64,000 nucleotides of DNA from NCBI GenBank assembly GCA_963819535.1, contig CAWFWL010000003.1:116636-180635 (forward strand), written 5' to 3'. Positions 9,848 through 17,866 of this stretch are shown one piece after another. The stretch's first letter is position 1. Every line of letters starts with the position of its first letter. The notes under the pieces were generated by a model. That model did not search any database and was not told the origin of the DNA. It saw nothing but the letters and a program-made list of their open reading frames with translations. The translations under genes were made by a program, and so were the position numbers. The DNA comes from an uncultured Actinomycetes bacterium (GTDB lineage: Bacteria > Actinomycetota > Thermoleophilia > Gaiellales > Gaiellaceae).

Positions 9848-9895
9848 AGTCTTCACCACCTTGTAACCGGAACGACGATTCCGCTTCTGCTAGGG

Positions 9896-9919
9896 TAAGC
9901 GGAACGAACAGTCCGCTTA
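9896..9919. promoter_or_regulatory. candidate TetR operator upstream of the MFS gene
   Basis: The inverted repeat TAAGCGGA-N8-TCCGCTTA ends 14 nt before GTG 9933. A related CGGAA-N6-TTCCG lies at about 9869-9884. Confidence 0.35.
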
Positions 9920-9932
9920 GTGGAGGTGTGCC

Positions 9933-11396
9933 GTGGAGGCAGCAGTCGAAGGTGGAAGAACACGGACGGAGACGAACCGCTGGCTCGTCCTCGTCCTCGT
10001 GTGCATTGCGCAGTTCATGGTGATTCTCGACGCGACGATCGTGAACGTCGCGCTGCCGTCGATCCAGCACGGCTTGCACTTCACCGCGTCGAGCCTGCAG
10101 TGGATCGTCAACGTCTACACACTCGTCTTCGGCGGCTTCCTGCTGCTCGGCGGCCGCGCCTCCGACCTGATCGGGCGACAGCGGCTGTTCGTGGCAGGTG
10201 TCGTCATCTTCACCGCGGCGTCGCTGATCAGCGGCATCGCGACGTCGTCCGGGATGCTCGTCGCCGGCCGCGCCCTGCAGGGGCTCGGTGCTGCGCTCGT
10301 GTCGCCCGCGGCACTTTCGATCGTCACGACAACCTTCGCCGAAGGCGCCGAGCGCACCAAGGCGCTCGGCATCTGGAGCTCGATCGCAGCCGGCGGTGGC
10401 GCCGTCGGGCTCGTGCTCGGAGGGCTGCTGACCGAGACGCTCTCGTGGCGCTGGGTCTTCTTCATCAACCTGCCGATCGGGATCGCGGCTGCGCTGCTGT
10501 CGCTTCGCTACATCCAGAACACCCGGGCCGAGAACGAGCCCGACACGGCTGACGTCGCCGGAGCGGTGACTGTCACGGGCGGTCTGCTCGTGCTCGTCTA
10601 CGGCATCGTCAAGGCGCAGGCGTACGGATGGGCCTCCGGCAAGACACTGGGGCTGGGGGCGCTCGCATTGCTGCTGCTCGCGTCGTTCGTCGTGATCGAG
10701 CTGCGCTCCAAGGCGCCGCTGATCCGGCTCGGGATCTTCCGCCTGCGCTCGCTGAGCGCGAGCAACGTCGCGATGCTCTTCGTCGCGTCGGGCCTGTTCT
10801 CGATGTTCTACTTCGCGGGTATCTACCTGCAGGAGATCAGGAACTACGGCCCGCTCAAGGCAGGCCTGGCCTTCCTGCCGTTCACGGTCGGGATCGTGAT
10901 CGGAGCGGTCGCATCGCAGCAGCTGATTCAGCGCATCGGTATCCGTGCGGTCGTCTTCACCGGCCTGACGCTCGGAGCTGTCGGAATGGTGTACTTCACA
11001 CAGCTGACGACACACAGCACGTATCTCGCCGATGTGTTTCCCAGCGTCGCCGTGATGTCGATCGGCATGGGTATGACGTTCGTCCCGCTGACCTTGCTCG
11101 CGACCACCAACGTCGCCGTCGAGGACGCCGGACTCGCGTCGGGGCTCTTCAACACGTCGCAGCAGGTCGGTGGTGCGCTTGGGCTCGCAGTGCTCTCGAC
11201 GATCGCGACGTCGCGCACGAGTCACCTGCTCGGAACAGCCGGGGTAGGCCAGGCGTCGGCGATGACGCGCGGCTACACGCTCGCCTTCGGCGGCGCCGCA
11301 GCGCTGCTGCTCGCAGGCATCGTGACGGTCGCGTTCTTCATCAAGCGCGAGGACGTAATCCAGATCAACGCCCAAGAGGTTCCGGTACCCGCCTGA
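9933..11396 (+). CDS. MFS drug:H+ antiporter, DHA2 (EmrB/QacA, 14-TMS) family
   Basis: 'MVILDATIVNVALPSI' and 'LLGGRASDLIGRQRLF' are DHA2 signature motifs. The protein is 487 aa with about 14 helices, and GGAGG sits 6-7 nt upstream. Confidence 0.9.
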   Translation: MEAAVEGGRTRTETNRWLVLVLVCIAQFMVILDATIVNVALPSIQHGLHFTASSLQWIVNVYTLVFGGFLLLGGRASDLIGRQRLFVAGVVIFTAASLISGIATSSGMLVAGRALQGLGAALVSPAALSIVTTTFAEGAERTKALGIWSSIAAGGGAVGLVLGGLLTETLSWRWVFFINLPIGIAAALLSLRYIQNTRAENEPDTADVAGAVTVTGGLLVLVYGIVKAQAYGWASGKTLGLGALALLLLASFVVIELRSKAPLIRLGIFRLRSLSASNVAMLFVASGLFSMFYFAGIYLQEIRNYGPLKAGLAFLPFTVGIVIGAVASQQLIQRIGIRAVVFTGLTLGAVGMVYFTQLTTHSTYLADVFPSVAVMSIGMGMTFVPLTLLATTNVAVEDAGLASGLFNTSQQVGGALGLAVLSTIATSRTSHLLGTAGVGQASAMTRGYTLAFGGAAALLLAGIVTVAFFIKREDVIQINAQEVPVPA

Positions 11397-12031
11397 TGGT
11401 GACCGTCACCCGGGAACTCCGTGCCGACGCTCAGCGAAACCTCGCGCGCATCCTGGAGGCTGCGCGTGAGGTGTTCGCCGAGCAAGGAATCGACGCGCCG
11501 ATCGTCGACATCGCACATCGCGCCGGTGTCGGCGTCGGCACGATCTTCCGCCGCTTCCCGCACAAGGACGAGTTGATCGTCGCGCTGCTCGAACAGCGCG
11601 GCGCACAGCTGCTCGAGGCGGCCGACGCCGCGCTCGCGAGCGACGACCCGGGAACGGCGTTCCGCCGTCTCCTCGAGGAGGGCGTGGGGATGCAGATCTC
11701 GGACCGCGGCCTCTGCGATGCGATCGGCACCGACCTGCTCGCCCGCGACGAGATTCGCGGCCAGTTCGACGAGGCGCACGCGAAGCTGCTCGCGCTGCTG
11801 CGACGGGCCCAGGACGCGGGTGCCGTGCGGGCCGACGCGACCGCGGAGGACCTGCTCTTCATCGTCCACGGCGTCGCCCACGCGGGCCTGATGCTCGAGG
11901 AGATCGCGCCCGGGGCCTGGCGTCGCCAGCTCGGATTCGCCATGGATGGGCTCCGTCCGGAGGCGGCGACACCGCTGCCCCGGAAGCCGATCACCCGCCG
12001 CCAGTTCCAGGCCGCCCGCTGCGGCGGCTAG
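11396..12031 (+). CDS. TetR/AcrR-family transcriptional regulator
   Basis: Its ATG overlaps the MFS stop (TGATG). It has the N-terminal HTH 'IVDIAHRAGVGVGTIFRRFPHKDELI'. Confidence 0.9.
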   Translation: MVTVTRELRADAQRNLARILEAAREVFAEQGIDAPIVDIAHRAGVGVGTIFRRFPHKDELIVALLEQRGAQLLEAADAALASDDPGTAFRRLLEEGVGMQISDRGLCDAIGTDLLARDEIRGQFDEAHAKLLALLRRAQDAGAVRADATAEDLLFIVHGVAHAGLMLEEIAPGAWRRQLGFAMDGLRPEAATPLPRKPITRRQFQAARCGG

Positions 12032-12079
12032 CGACGATTCGCGGAGCCTTCCTAGACCCCGGCTAGACTTCTCCGGTCT

Positions 12080-13015
12080 GTGCCTCGCAACCGGACCGTC
12101 CGCTTCGCGGTCCTGGGCAACTCTGTCCAGCGCACCGCCGCTTCCGGCTATCCCTCGAGTCGCTCCAGCGCCCTCAAGCGTCGGATCGTCGTGGGCGGCC
12201 TGATTGCGCTTTCGCTCGTCCTGATCACCGTCTCGTTCCGTTCGAGCGCGCTCGACGGCGTGCAGGGCACCGCGGCGGGAATCCTGCGGCCGTTCGAGAT
12301 CGCCGCCGACCGCGTCTCGCGGCCGTTCCGCGACACGGCGGGCTGGGTGCACGGCCTCGCAAACGCCAAGTCGGAGAACGCCAAGCTGAAGCGCCAGATC
12401 GAAACGCTGCGCGAGCAGCTCGTGCTCGACGAGTCGGCGGTGCAGGAGAACGTGCAGCTCCGGGCGCAACTCGACTACCACGGGCCACCCTCACGCGCGA
12501 ACTTCGACCTGAAGCACGCCGCGGTGCTCACGAACCCGCAGAGCGCGATCGACGAGAGCATCACGATCGCCGCCGGGACGCACGACGGCATCCGTGCCGG
12601 CAGCCCGGTGATCGACGCGTCGGGCGGTCTCGTCGGCACGATCGACCGCGCCTGGTCCGGCGTCGCCCGCGTGACGCTCCTGACCCAGGGGCAGAACGTG
12701 ACGGCGATCGACCTGAACGATCCGGCCGCCGCAGGGATCATCCGCGGTGGCGGCGGCGCCGGCGACGTGCTCGTCTTCGACCGCGTCTCGAAGGCGGCGA
12801 ACGTCGCCGTCGGCAACGTCGTCGTCTCGGCGGGCTCGCTCGGCAAGGGGGCGCTGCCGTCGATGTTCCCGCGCGGCCTGCGCATCGGCACCGTCTCGAG
12901 CGTCAACAACAATGATGTCGACACGTTCAAGACGATCCAGGTGCAGCCCTTCGTCGACTTCTCGTCGCTGCAGTCGGTGATCGTGCTCGTGCAGCGGCCG
13001 GGGGCCGGCGGCTGA
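12080..13015 (+). CDS. mreC: rod shape-determining protein MreC
   Basis: N-terminal TM helix, a coiled coil ('ENAKLKRQIETLREQL') and a C-terminal beta domain. It lies directly upstream of mreD. Confidence 0.9.
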   Translation: MPRNRTVRFAVLGNSVQRTAASGYPSSRSSALKRRIVVGGLIALSLVLITVSFRSSALDGVQGTAAGILRPFEIAADRVSRPFRDTAGWVHGLANAKSENAKLKRQIETLREQLVLDESAVQENVQLRAQLDYHGPPSRANFDLKHAAVLTNPQSAIDESITIAAGTHDGIRAGSPVIDASGGLVGTIDRAWSGVARVTLLTQGQNVTAIDLNDPAAAGIIRGGGGAGDVLVFDRVSKAANVAVGNVVVSAGSLGKGALPSMFPRGLRIGTVSSVNNNDVDTFKTIQVQPFVDFSSLQSVIVLVQRPGAGG

Positions 13016-13527
13016 TGGACGGGCTGAAGGCCGCGGGCATCCTCTTCTTCGCGGCGTTGCTGCAGCTCTCGGTGCTGACCGAGTACCGGGCCTTCCGGAC
13101 CGCAAGCGTCGTGCTGGTCGCGCTCCTCTCGGTCGCGCTCCTTCGCGGCTCGGTCTTCGGCGCGGTGGCCGGCTTCGGCACCGGCCTGCTGCTCGACACG
13201 GCGACGCTGGGCACGCTCGGTGTCACCTCCCTGCTGATGACGATCAGCGGTTTCTGGATCGGCCGGTACGGCGAGACGACCGCGCGCGACCGCTTCCACG
13301 CCCCCTACGTGTCGGTCGCCATCGTCACCGGCCTCTACTCCTTCGGACAGCTCTTCCTGCAGTTCGTGCTCGGCGAGCCGGCTCCGGCCGGGGTGGTGGT
13401 GCACGAGCTGCCGCTCGGCCTGTTCCTGAACCTGCTGCTGACGCTGCCGGTGTACGCGATCGTGCGTCGCCTGTTCCCGCCGCAGCAACTGGGCGACCGG
13501 GTCCGTGAGGTGCGGCTCCTTGGCTGA
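13015..13527 (+). CDS. mreD: rod shape-determining protein MreD
   Basis: A 170-aa polytopic membrane protein whose ATG overlaps the mreC stop. Its position is between mreC and mrdA. Confidence 0.8.
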   Translation: MDGLKAAGILFFAALLQLSVLTEYRAFRTASVVLVALLSVALLRGSVFGAVAGFGTGLLLDTATLGTLGVTSLLMTISGFWIGRYGETTARDRFHAPYVSVAIVTGLYSFGQLFLQFVLGEPAPAGVVVHELPLGLFLNLLLTLPVYAIVRRLFPPQQLGDRVREVRLLG

Positions 13528-15520
13528 GTACTCATCCGGCCGGTTCCTGCCCGGCGACCCGCGCGTCGAGGAGCCCTACCGGCTGACTCCGCAGACCGCG
13601 CTGCGCGTCGCGGTGCTCGGCTTCCTCGCGTTGACCGTCTTCGCCGTCCTCTTCCTGCGGCTCTGGGCGCTGCAGGTCCTGTCGGGCGACCGCTACCTGT
13701 CGGTGGCGAACGACAACCGGGTGCGCACGATCCGGCTCGAGGCACCGCGTGGGCCGATCGTCGACCGGAACGGGCACGTGCTCGTCGGCAACGTCGCCGG
13801 CACGCGCGTCGAGCTGTGGCCGGCCGACCTGCCGAAGACCTGGCCCGCGCGCCGCCGCGAGCTGCACGCCCTCGCCGACGTCACCGGCACGACCGTGAAG
13901 GAGATGCTCGCAGCGCTGAACGCGCACGGCAACGACCCGCTGTCGCCGGTCGTCGTACAGCGTGGGCTGCGCCGGGACCAGATCGACTACCTCTCCGAGC
14001 ACTCACTGCAGTTCCCCGGTGTGCAGATGCAGGACAGCTTCCTGCGCAGCTATCCGTACCGGTCGCTCGCAGCGCAGGTCGTCGGCTACGTCGGTGCCAT
14101 CTCGCCCGGCCAGTACAAGGCGCGGAAGAAGAAGGGCTACCAGCCGACCGATTCGATCGGCCAGGCCGGCGTCGAGTCGACGTACGACACGTATCTCCGC
14201 GGCAAGGACGGCAAGGCGCAGCTGACGGTCGACTCGCGCGGCCGTCCGAAGGGCGCCGCGGTCTTCCAGACCAGCCCGACGCCGGGCGAGGCCCTGAAGC
14301 TCACGATCGACATCAACCTGCAGCGTGCCGCCGAGCGGGCGCTCCGTTACGGCGTCACCCTCGCGCACTCGAGCTTCCAGGGCGCGCACGCCAACGGCGG
14401 TGCGATCGTCGCGCTGAGCCCGAAGGACGGGGCGGTGCTGGCGATGGCCTCGTACCCGACCTACCAGCCGTCGATCTTCGTCGGCCGGAAGGATCCGACG
14501 AAGCTCGCGCCGCTCCTGAACGCGAAGGTCGCGGAGGCCGCCAACCATCCGGGCTTCAACCGAGCGATCAGCGTCGGCTATCCGCCCGGTTCGACCTTCA
14601 AGCCGGTGACGGCGCTCGCGGCGATGCAGGAAGGCCTGATGCGTCCGTACGACACGATCCCGTGCACACCGACCTTCAAGGATCACGGCTCGACGTTCCA
14701 CAACTGGACCCCGCTGATCGACCAGGGGATGACGTTGACGACCGCGATCGCCCAGTCGTGCGACACGTACTTCTACGAGCTCGGCAAGCGGTTCTACAAC
14801 CTGCCCGCCGACCGCGGTCACCCGCTGCAGGCGTGGGCGAACCGCTTCGGCCTCGGTGAGACGAGCGGTCTCGACGTCGGCCCGGAGTATCCGGGCCTGA
14901 TCGCGACGCCCGAGTGGCGGCGGAAGGCCTTCCCCGCGAGTGCCGGCTACGGCGAGCTCGACCGCACCTGGAAGCCGGGCTACTCGATCCAGATGGCGAT
15001 CGGGCAGAACCAGGTGCTCGTGACGCCGCTGCAGATGGCCCGCTTCTACGCGATGATCGCGAACGGCGGCAAGCTCGTGACGCCGCACGTCGCCGAGGAC
15101 GTCGAGCTGACGGGCGCGAACGGGCAGGCGACGCGCGTGCTGCGCCACTTCGGCGGCGAGTCGCCCCAGCCGACGGGCGTCGATGCGACGGCGCTCACAT
15201 ACGTGCAGCGTGGGCTCGAAGAGGCGACGCATTCGCCGGCCGGAACGTCGTCCGGCGTGTTCGGCTCGTTCCCCGTCGACATCGTGGGCAAGACGGGGAG
15301 CGCCGAGAAGCTGATCAAGCTCCCCGGCTATCCGGCGGCGCAGAACCTGACCCAGTCGTGGTGGTGCGGTTACGGCCCGTACACGGCCCCGTCGATCGTC
15401 GTCTGCGCCGTGATCGAGAACGGCGGCCACGGCGGCACGGCTGCCGCACCGGCCGCGCTCAAGGTGTTCGAGCAGTACTTCCACACGACCGCCACGATCA
15501 CGAGCCACGCCTCCGACTGA
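13505..15520 (+). CDS. mrdA: penicillin-binding protein 2 (elongasome transpeptidase)
   Basis: PBP dimerisation domain plus a transpeptidase domain ('STFKPVTA' SxxK, 'KTGSAE' KTG). The start is uncertain by about 15 nt. Confidence 0.9.
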   Translation: MRCGSLAEYSSGRFLPGDPRVEEPYRLTPQTALRVAVLGFLALTVFAVLFLRLWALQVLSGDRYLSVANDNRVRTIRLEAPRGPIVDRNGHVLVGNVAGTRVELWPADLPKTWPARRRELHALADVTGTTVKEMLAALNAHGNDPLSPVVVQRGLRRDQIDYLSEHSLQFPGVQMQDSFLRSYPYRSLAAQVVGYVGAISPGQYKARKKKGYQPTDSIGQAGVESTYDTYLRGKDGKAQLTVDSRGRPKGAAVFQTSPTPGEALKLTIDINLQRAAERALRYGVTLAHSSFQGAHANGGAIVALSPKDGAVLAMASYPTYQPSIFVGRKDPTKLAPLLNAKVAEAANHPGFNRAISVGYPPGSTFKPVTALAAMQEGLMRPYDTIPCTPTFKDHGSTFHNWTPLIDQGMTLTTAIAQSCDTYFYELGKRFYNLPADRGHPLQAWANRFGLGETSGLDVGPEYPGLIATPEWRRKAFPASAGYGELDRTWKPGYSIQMAIGQNQVLVTPLQMARFYAMIANGGKLVTPHVAEDVELTGANGQATRVLRHFGGESPQPTGVDATALTYVQRGLEEATHSPAGTSSGVFGSFPVDIVGKTGSAEKLIKLPGYPAAQNLTQSWWCGYGPYTAPSIVVCAVIENGGHGGTAAAPAALKVFEQYFHTTATITSHASD

Positions 15521-16704
15521 TGTCGATCGAAGCCGTCAACCCACGCGCGAGAAGCCTGCGCACACGGCGCGAGGTCGAGGCCTTGAGCCTCGCCGACCGC
15601 CTGCTGCGCCTCGACTGGCTGCTACTCGCCGCGCACGCGGCGGTCGTCGTCTACGGCCTGTGGGCGATCGACGGCATCACGATGCACGACGCCGGCGGCT
15701 CCGCGCTGATGCGCCAGGCGCTCTACGCGTGCATCGGCGGTGTGCTGTTCCTCGCAGTGCTCTTCGTCGATCCCGACCGGTACCTCCGGCTGGCGCGGCC
15801 GATCTACTTCGGCACCCTCGCCGTGATGATCTTCGTGCTCGCCGCCGGGGCGGCGACGCGCGGGTCGCACCGCTGGATCAACGTCGGGTTCTTCACCTTC
15901 CAACCGTCCGAGTTCGGGAAGGTGGTGTTCGTGCTCGCGCTCGCCGGGTTCGTCGTCGAGCGCTCGCGCTCGCTCGCGAGCCCGCTCGCGCCGCTCGCGA
16001 TCATCGCCTACGGCCTCGCGCCGATCGTCCTCGTCTTCGTGCAGCCCGACATCGGAACGGCGCTCGTCTACACGGCCGCGCTGGCGGCGGTCCTCTTCAT
16101 CTCCGGTGTCCGCTGGTCGCATCTCGCCGTGCTGCTGACGCTGACCGTCGTGGTCGCGCTCAGCGTGCTCTGGCTGCTGCCGGCGTCCGGCGTGAACGTG
16201 CTCCGGCCCTACCAGACCGCCCGCCTGACGGGTTTCACCCATCCGGCGAACGACCCGAAGGGCGCCACCTACAACCTCACGCAGTCGATCACCGCGGTCG
16301 GGGCGGGCGGGCTGCGCGGCCGCGGCGTCCAGGGTGCGACCCAGACGCGGCTCGACTACCTGCCCGAGCACGCCACCGACTTCGCGTTCGCGTCGCTCTC
16401 CGAGGAGCACGGCTTCTTCGGCGCGTCGATCCTCCTGTTGCTCTACCTGCTCGTCGTCTGGCGGGCGCTGAAGATCGTCACGAGCGCGCGCGACCTGTAC
16501 TGCGCGGTCGTCGCGGGTGCGATCGCCTTCATGTTCCTGTTCCAGGTGTTCGTGAACAGCGCCATGACGATGGGCATCGCGCCGATCACCGGCATCCCAC
16601 TGCCGTTCGTCTCGGTCGGCGGCTCGTCGATGATCACGAACTTCCTCGCGCTCGGCATCCTGCAGGCGATCTACATGCGACGCGTCCTTCGACGGAGAGG
16701 TTGA
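15520..16704 (+). CDS. rodA: SEDS glycosyltransferase RodA (FtsW/RodA/SpoVE family)
   Basis: Its ATG overlaps the mrdA stop. 'FQPSEFGK', 'TDFAFA' and 'IPLPFVSVGGSS' are SEDS motifs. Confidence 0.9.
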   Translation: MSIEAVNPRARSLRTRREVEALSLADRLLRLDWLLLAAHAAVVVYGLWAIDGITMHDAGGSALMRQALYACIGGVLFLAVLFVDPDRYLRLARPIYFGTLAVMIFVLAAGAATRGSHRWINVGFFTFQPSEFGKVVFVLALAGFVVERSRSLASPLAPLAIIAYGLAPIVLVFVQPDIGTALVYTAALAAVLFISGVRWSHLAVLLTLTVVVALSVLWLLPASGVNVLRPYQTARLTGFTHPANDPKGATYNLTQSITAVGAGGLRGRGVQGATQTRLDYLPEHATDFAFASLSEEHGFFGASILLLLYLLVVWRALKIVTSARDLYCAVVAGAIAFMFLFQVFVNSAMTMGIAPITGIPLPFVSVGGSSMITNFLALGILQAIYMRRVLRRRG

Positions 16705-16708
16705 TCGA

Positions 16709-17455
16709 GTGAAGAAGCTGAACCCGCTCTCGGTGCTCGGTGTCCTGCGTGAGGTTCGGCGTGGAACGGGCGACGACCGACCACTCGGTGTCGCCGGCGC
16801 GCGCGAGCTCGTGCCGATCCTCGCCCGCGAGCTTCGGGCGGGCGGCGAGCCGGCCGCGGTCGTCGAGGACCGCGTCGAGGGCCTTGCCGTGCTGGTGTGG
16901 GTGGGCGCGGCCGACGAGCAGCGGCTCCAGGCCGCGTCGAAGGCCGGCGTGCCGATCGTCGCCGTCAGCGACGAGCCGTCCCTGCCCTACGTGCTGGCGG
17001 GCGACATCGTGCGCGTCCCGCCCGGGCAAGGCTTCCCCATCGAGCAGATCACCGCGGCGGTCGCCGCGAAGCTCGGCGAGAACGGCACCTCGCTCGCCGC
17101 CCGCCTGCCGATGCTCCGCCCGGCGGTCTGCCGGTGGCTGATCGCGCACTTCGCGAAGCGGAACGGGCTGATCTCCGCGGCGATCTTCATTCCCGGCGTC
17201 GACCTGCCGGTGCTGACGCTGAACCAGATCCGGCTCGTGCTCCGTATCGCGCTCGCCTACGGCGAGCAGCTCGACAAGCAGCGCGCGACCGAGCTGCTCG
17301 GCGTCGTCGGTCTCGGCTTCGGCTTCCGCGCCGTCGCCCGCGAGCTGCTCGATTTCGTCCCGATCGCCGGCTGGGCGGTCAAGGGCGGGGTCGCGTATGC
17401 GGGCACGAAGGCGATCGGCGAGGCGGCCGTCCGCTACTTCGAGACGCGCGCGTAA
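16709..17455 (+). CDS. conserved hypothetical protein, DUF697-like C-terminal membrane-associated domain
   Basis: The C-terminal 'IPGVDLPVLTLNQIRLVLRIALAYG...FVPIAGWAVKGGVAYAGTKAIG' resembles DUF697/YcjF. The N-terminal half looks like a GTPase fold without a P-loop. Confidence 0.4.
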   Translation: MKKLNPLSVLGVLREVRRGTGDDRPLGVAGARELVPILARELRAGGEPAAVVEDRVEGLAVLVWVGAADEQRLQAASKAGVPIVAVSDEPSLPYVLAGDIVRVPPGQGFPIEQITAAVAAKLGENGTSLAARLPMLRPAVCRWLIAHFAKRNGLISAAIFIPGVDLPVLTLNQIRLVLRIALAYGEQLDKQRATELLGVVGLGFGFRAVARELLDFVPIAGWAVKGGVAYAGTKAIGEAAVRYFETRA

Positions 17456-17515
17456 CCGCTGTAGTCCGTCCGGTCCGGGTCCTACGCTCTCCTCAACTTC
17501 GACGGGAGGTGACGC

Positions 17516-17722
17516 ATGGCCCTGACGGGACACCAGGAGGCGATCGAGCTCTTGCTGATCGAGGAAGCGGACGCCTGGTTCGAGTACCTCGAGGCAACCC
17601 GCGCACAGTCGCCGCGCCGTTACGTCGAGCTCGAGCCATGGGCGTGGTCCCGGCTCTCGCAGCGCCTGCGGGCGATCCGTGCGCGCCGGGGCAAGCTCCT
17701 GCCCGCCGCCGAAGCCGCGTAA
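17516..17722 (+). CDS. hypothetical 68-aa protein
   Basis: ATG preceded by GGGAGG at a 7-nt spacing. I recognise no family. Confidence 0.4.
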   Translation: MALTGHQEAIELLLIEEADAWFEYLEATRAQSPRRYVELEPWAWSRLSQRLRAIRARRGKLLPAAEAA

Positions 17723-17866
17723 GACTGCGCTGATACTCTGCGGGTAGGCCTATGCCAAGGCTTTTCCAACCCACCCGCGACGCGCGCCCGTTTCTGTCAC
17801 TGATGCCGTTCCTGGCATTCGTGAATACAGCGAGGCTGCGCGCGCGCACGACTCAGGAGAGATCGT

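Noticed and set aside
17723-17866. The rne 5' untranslated region and the 67-nt rplU upstream spacer (20612-20678) as known leader RNAs.
   Set aside because: An autoregulatory role is plausible by analogy. However, I could not identify conserved structure by eye, and it would need covariance-model searches.
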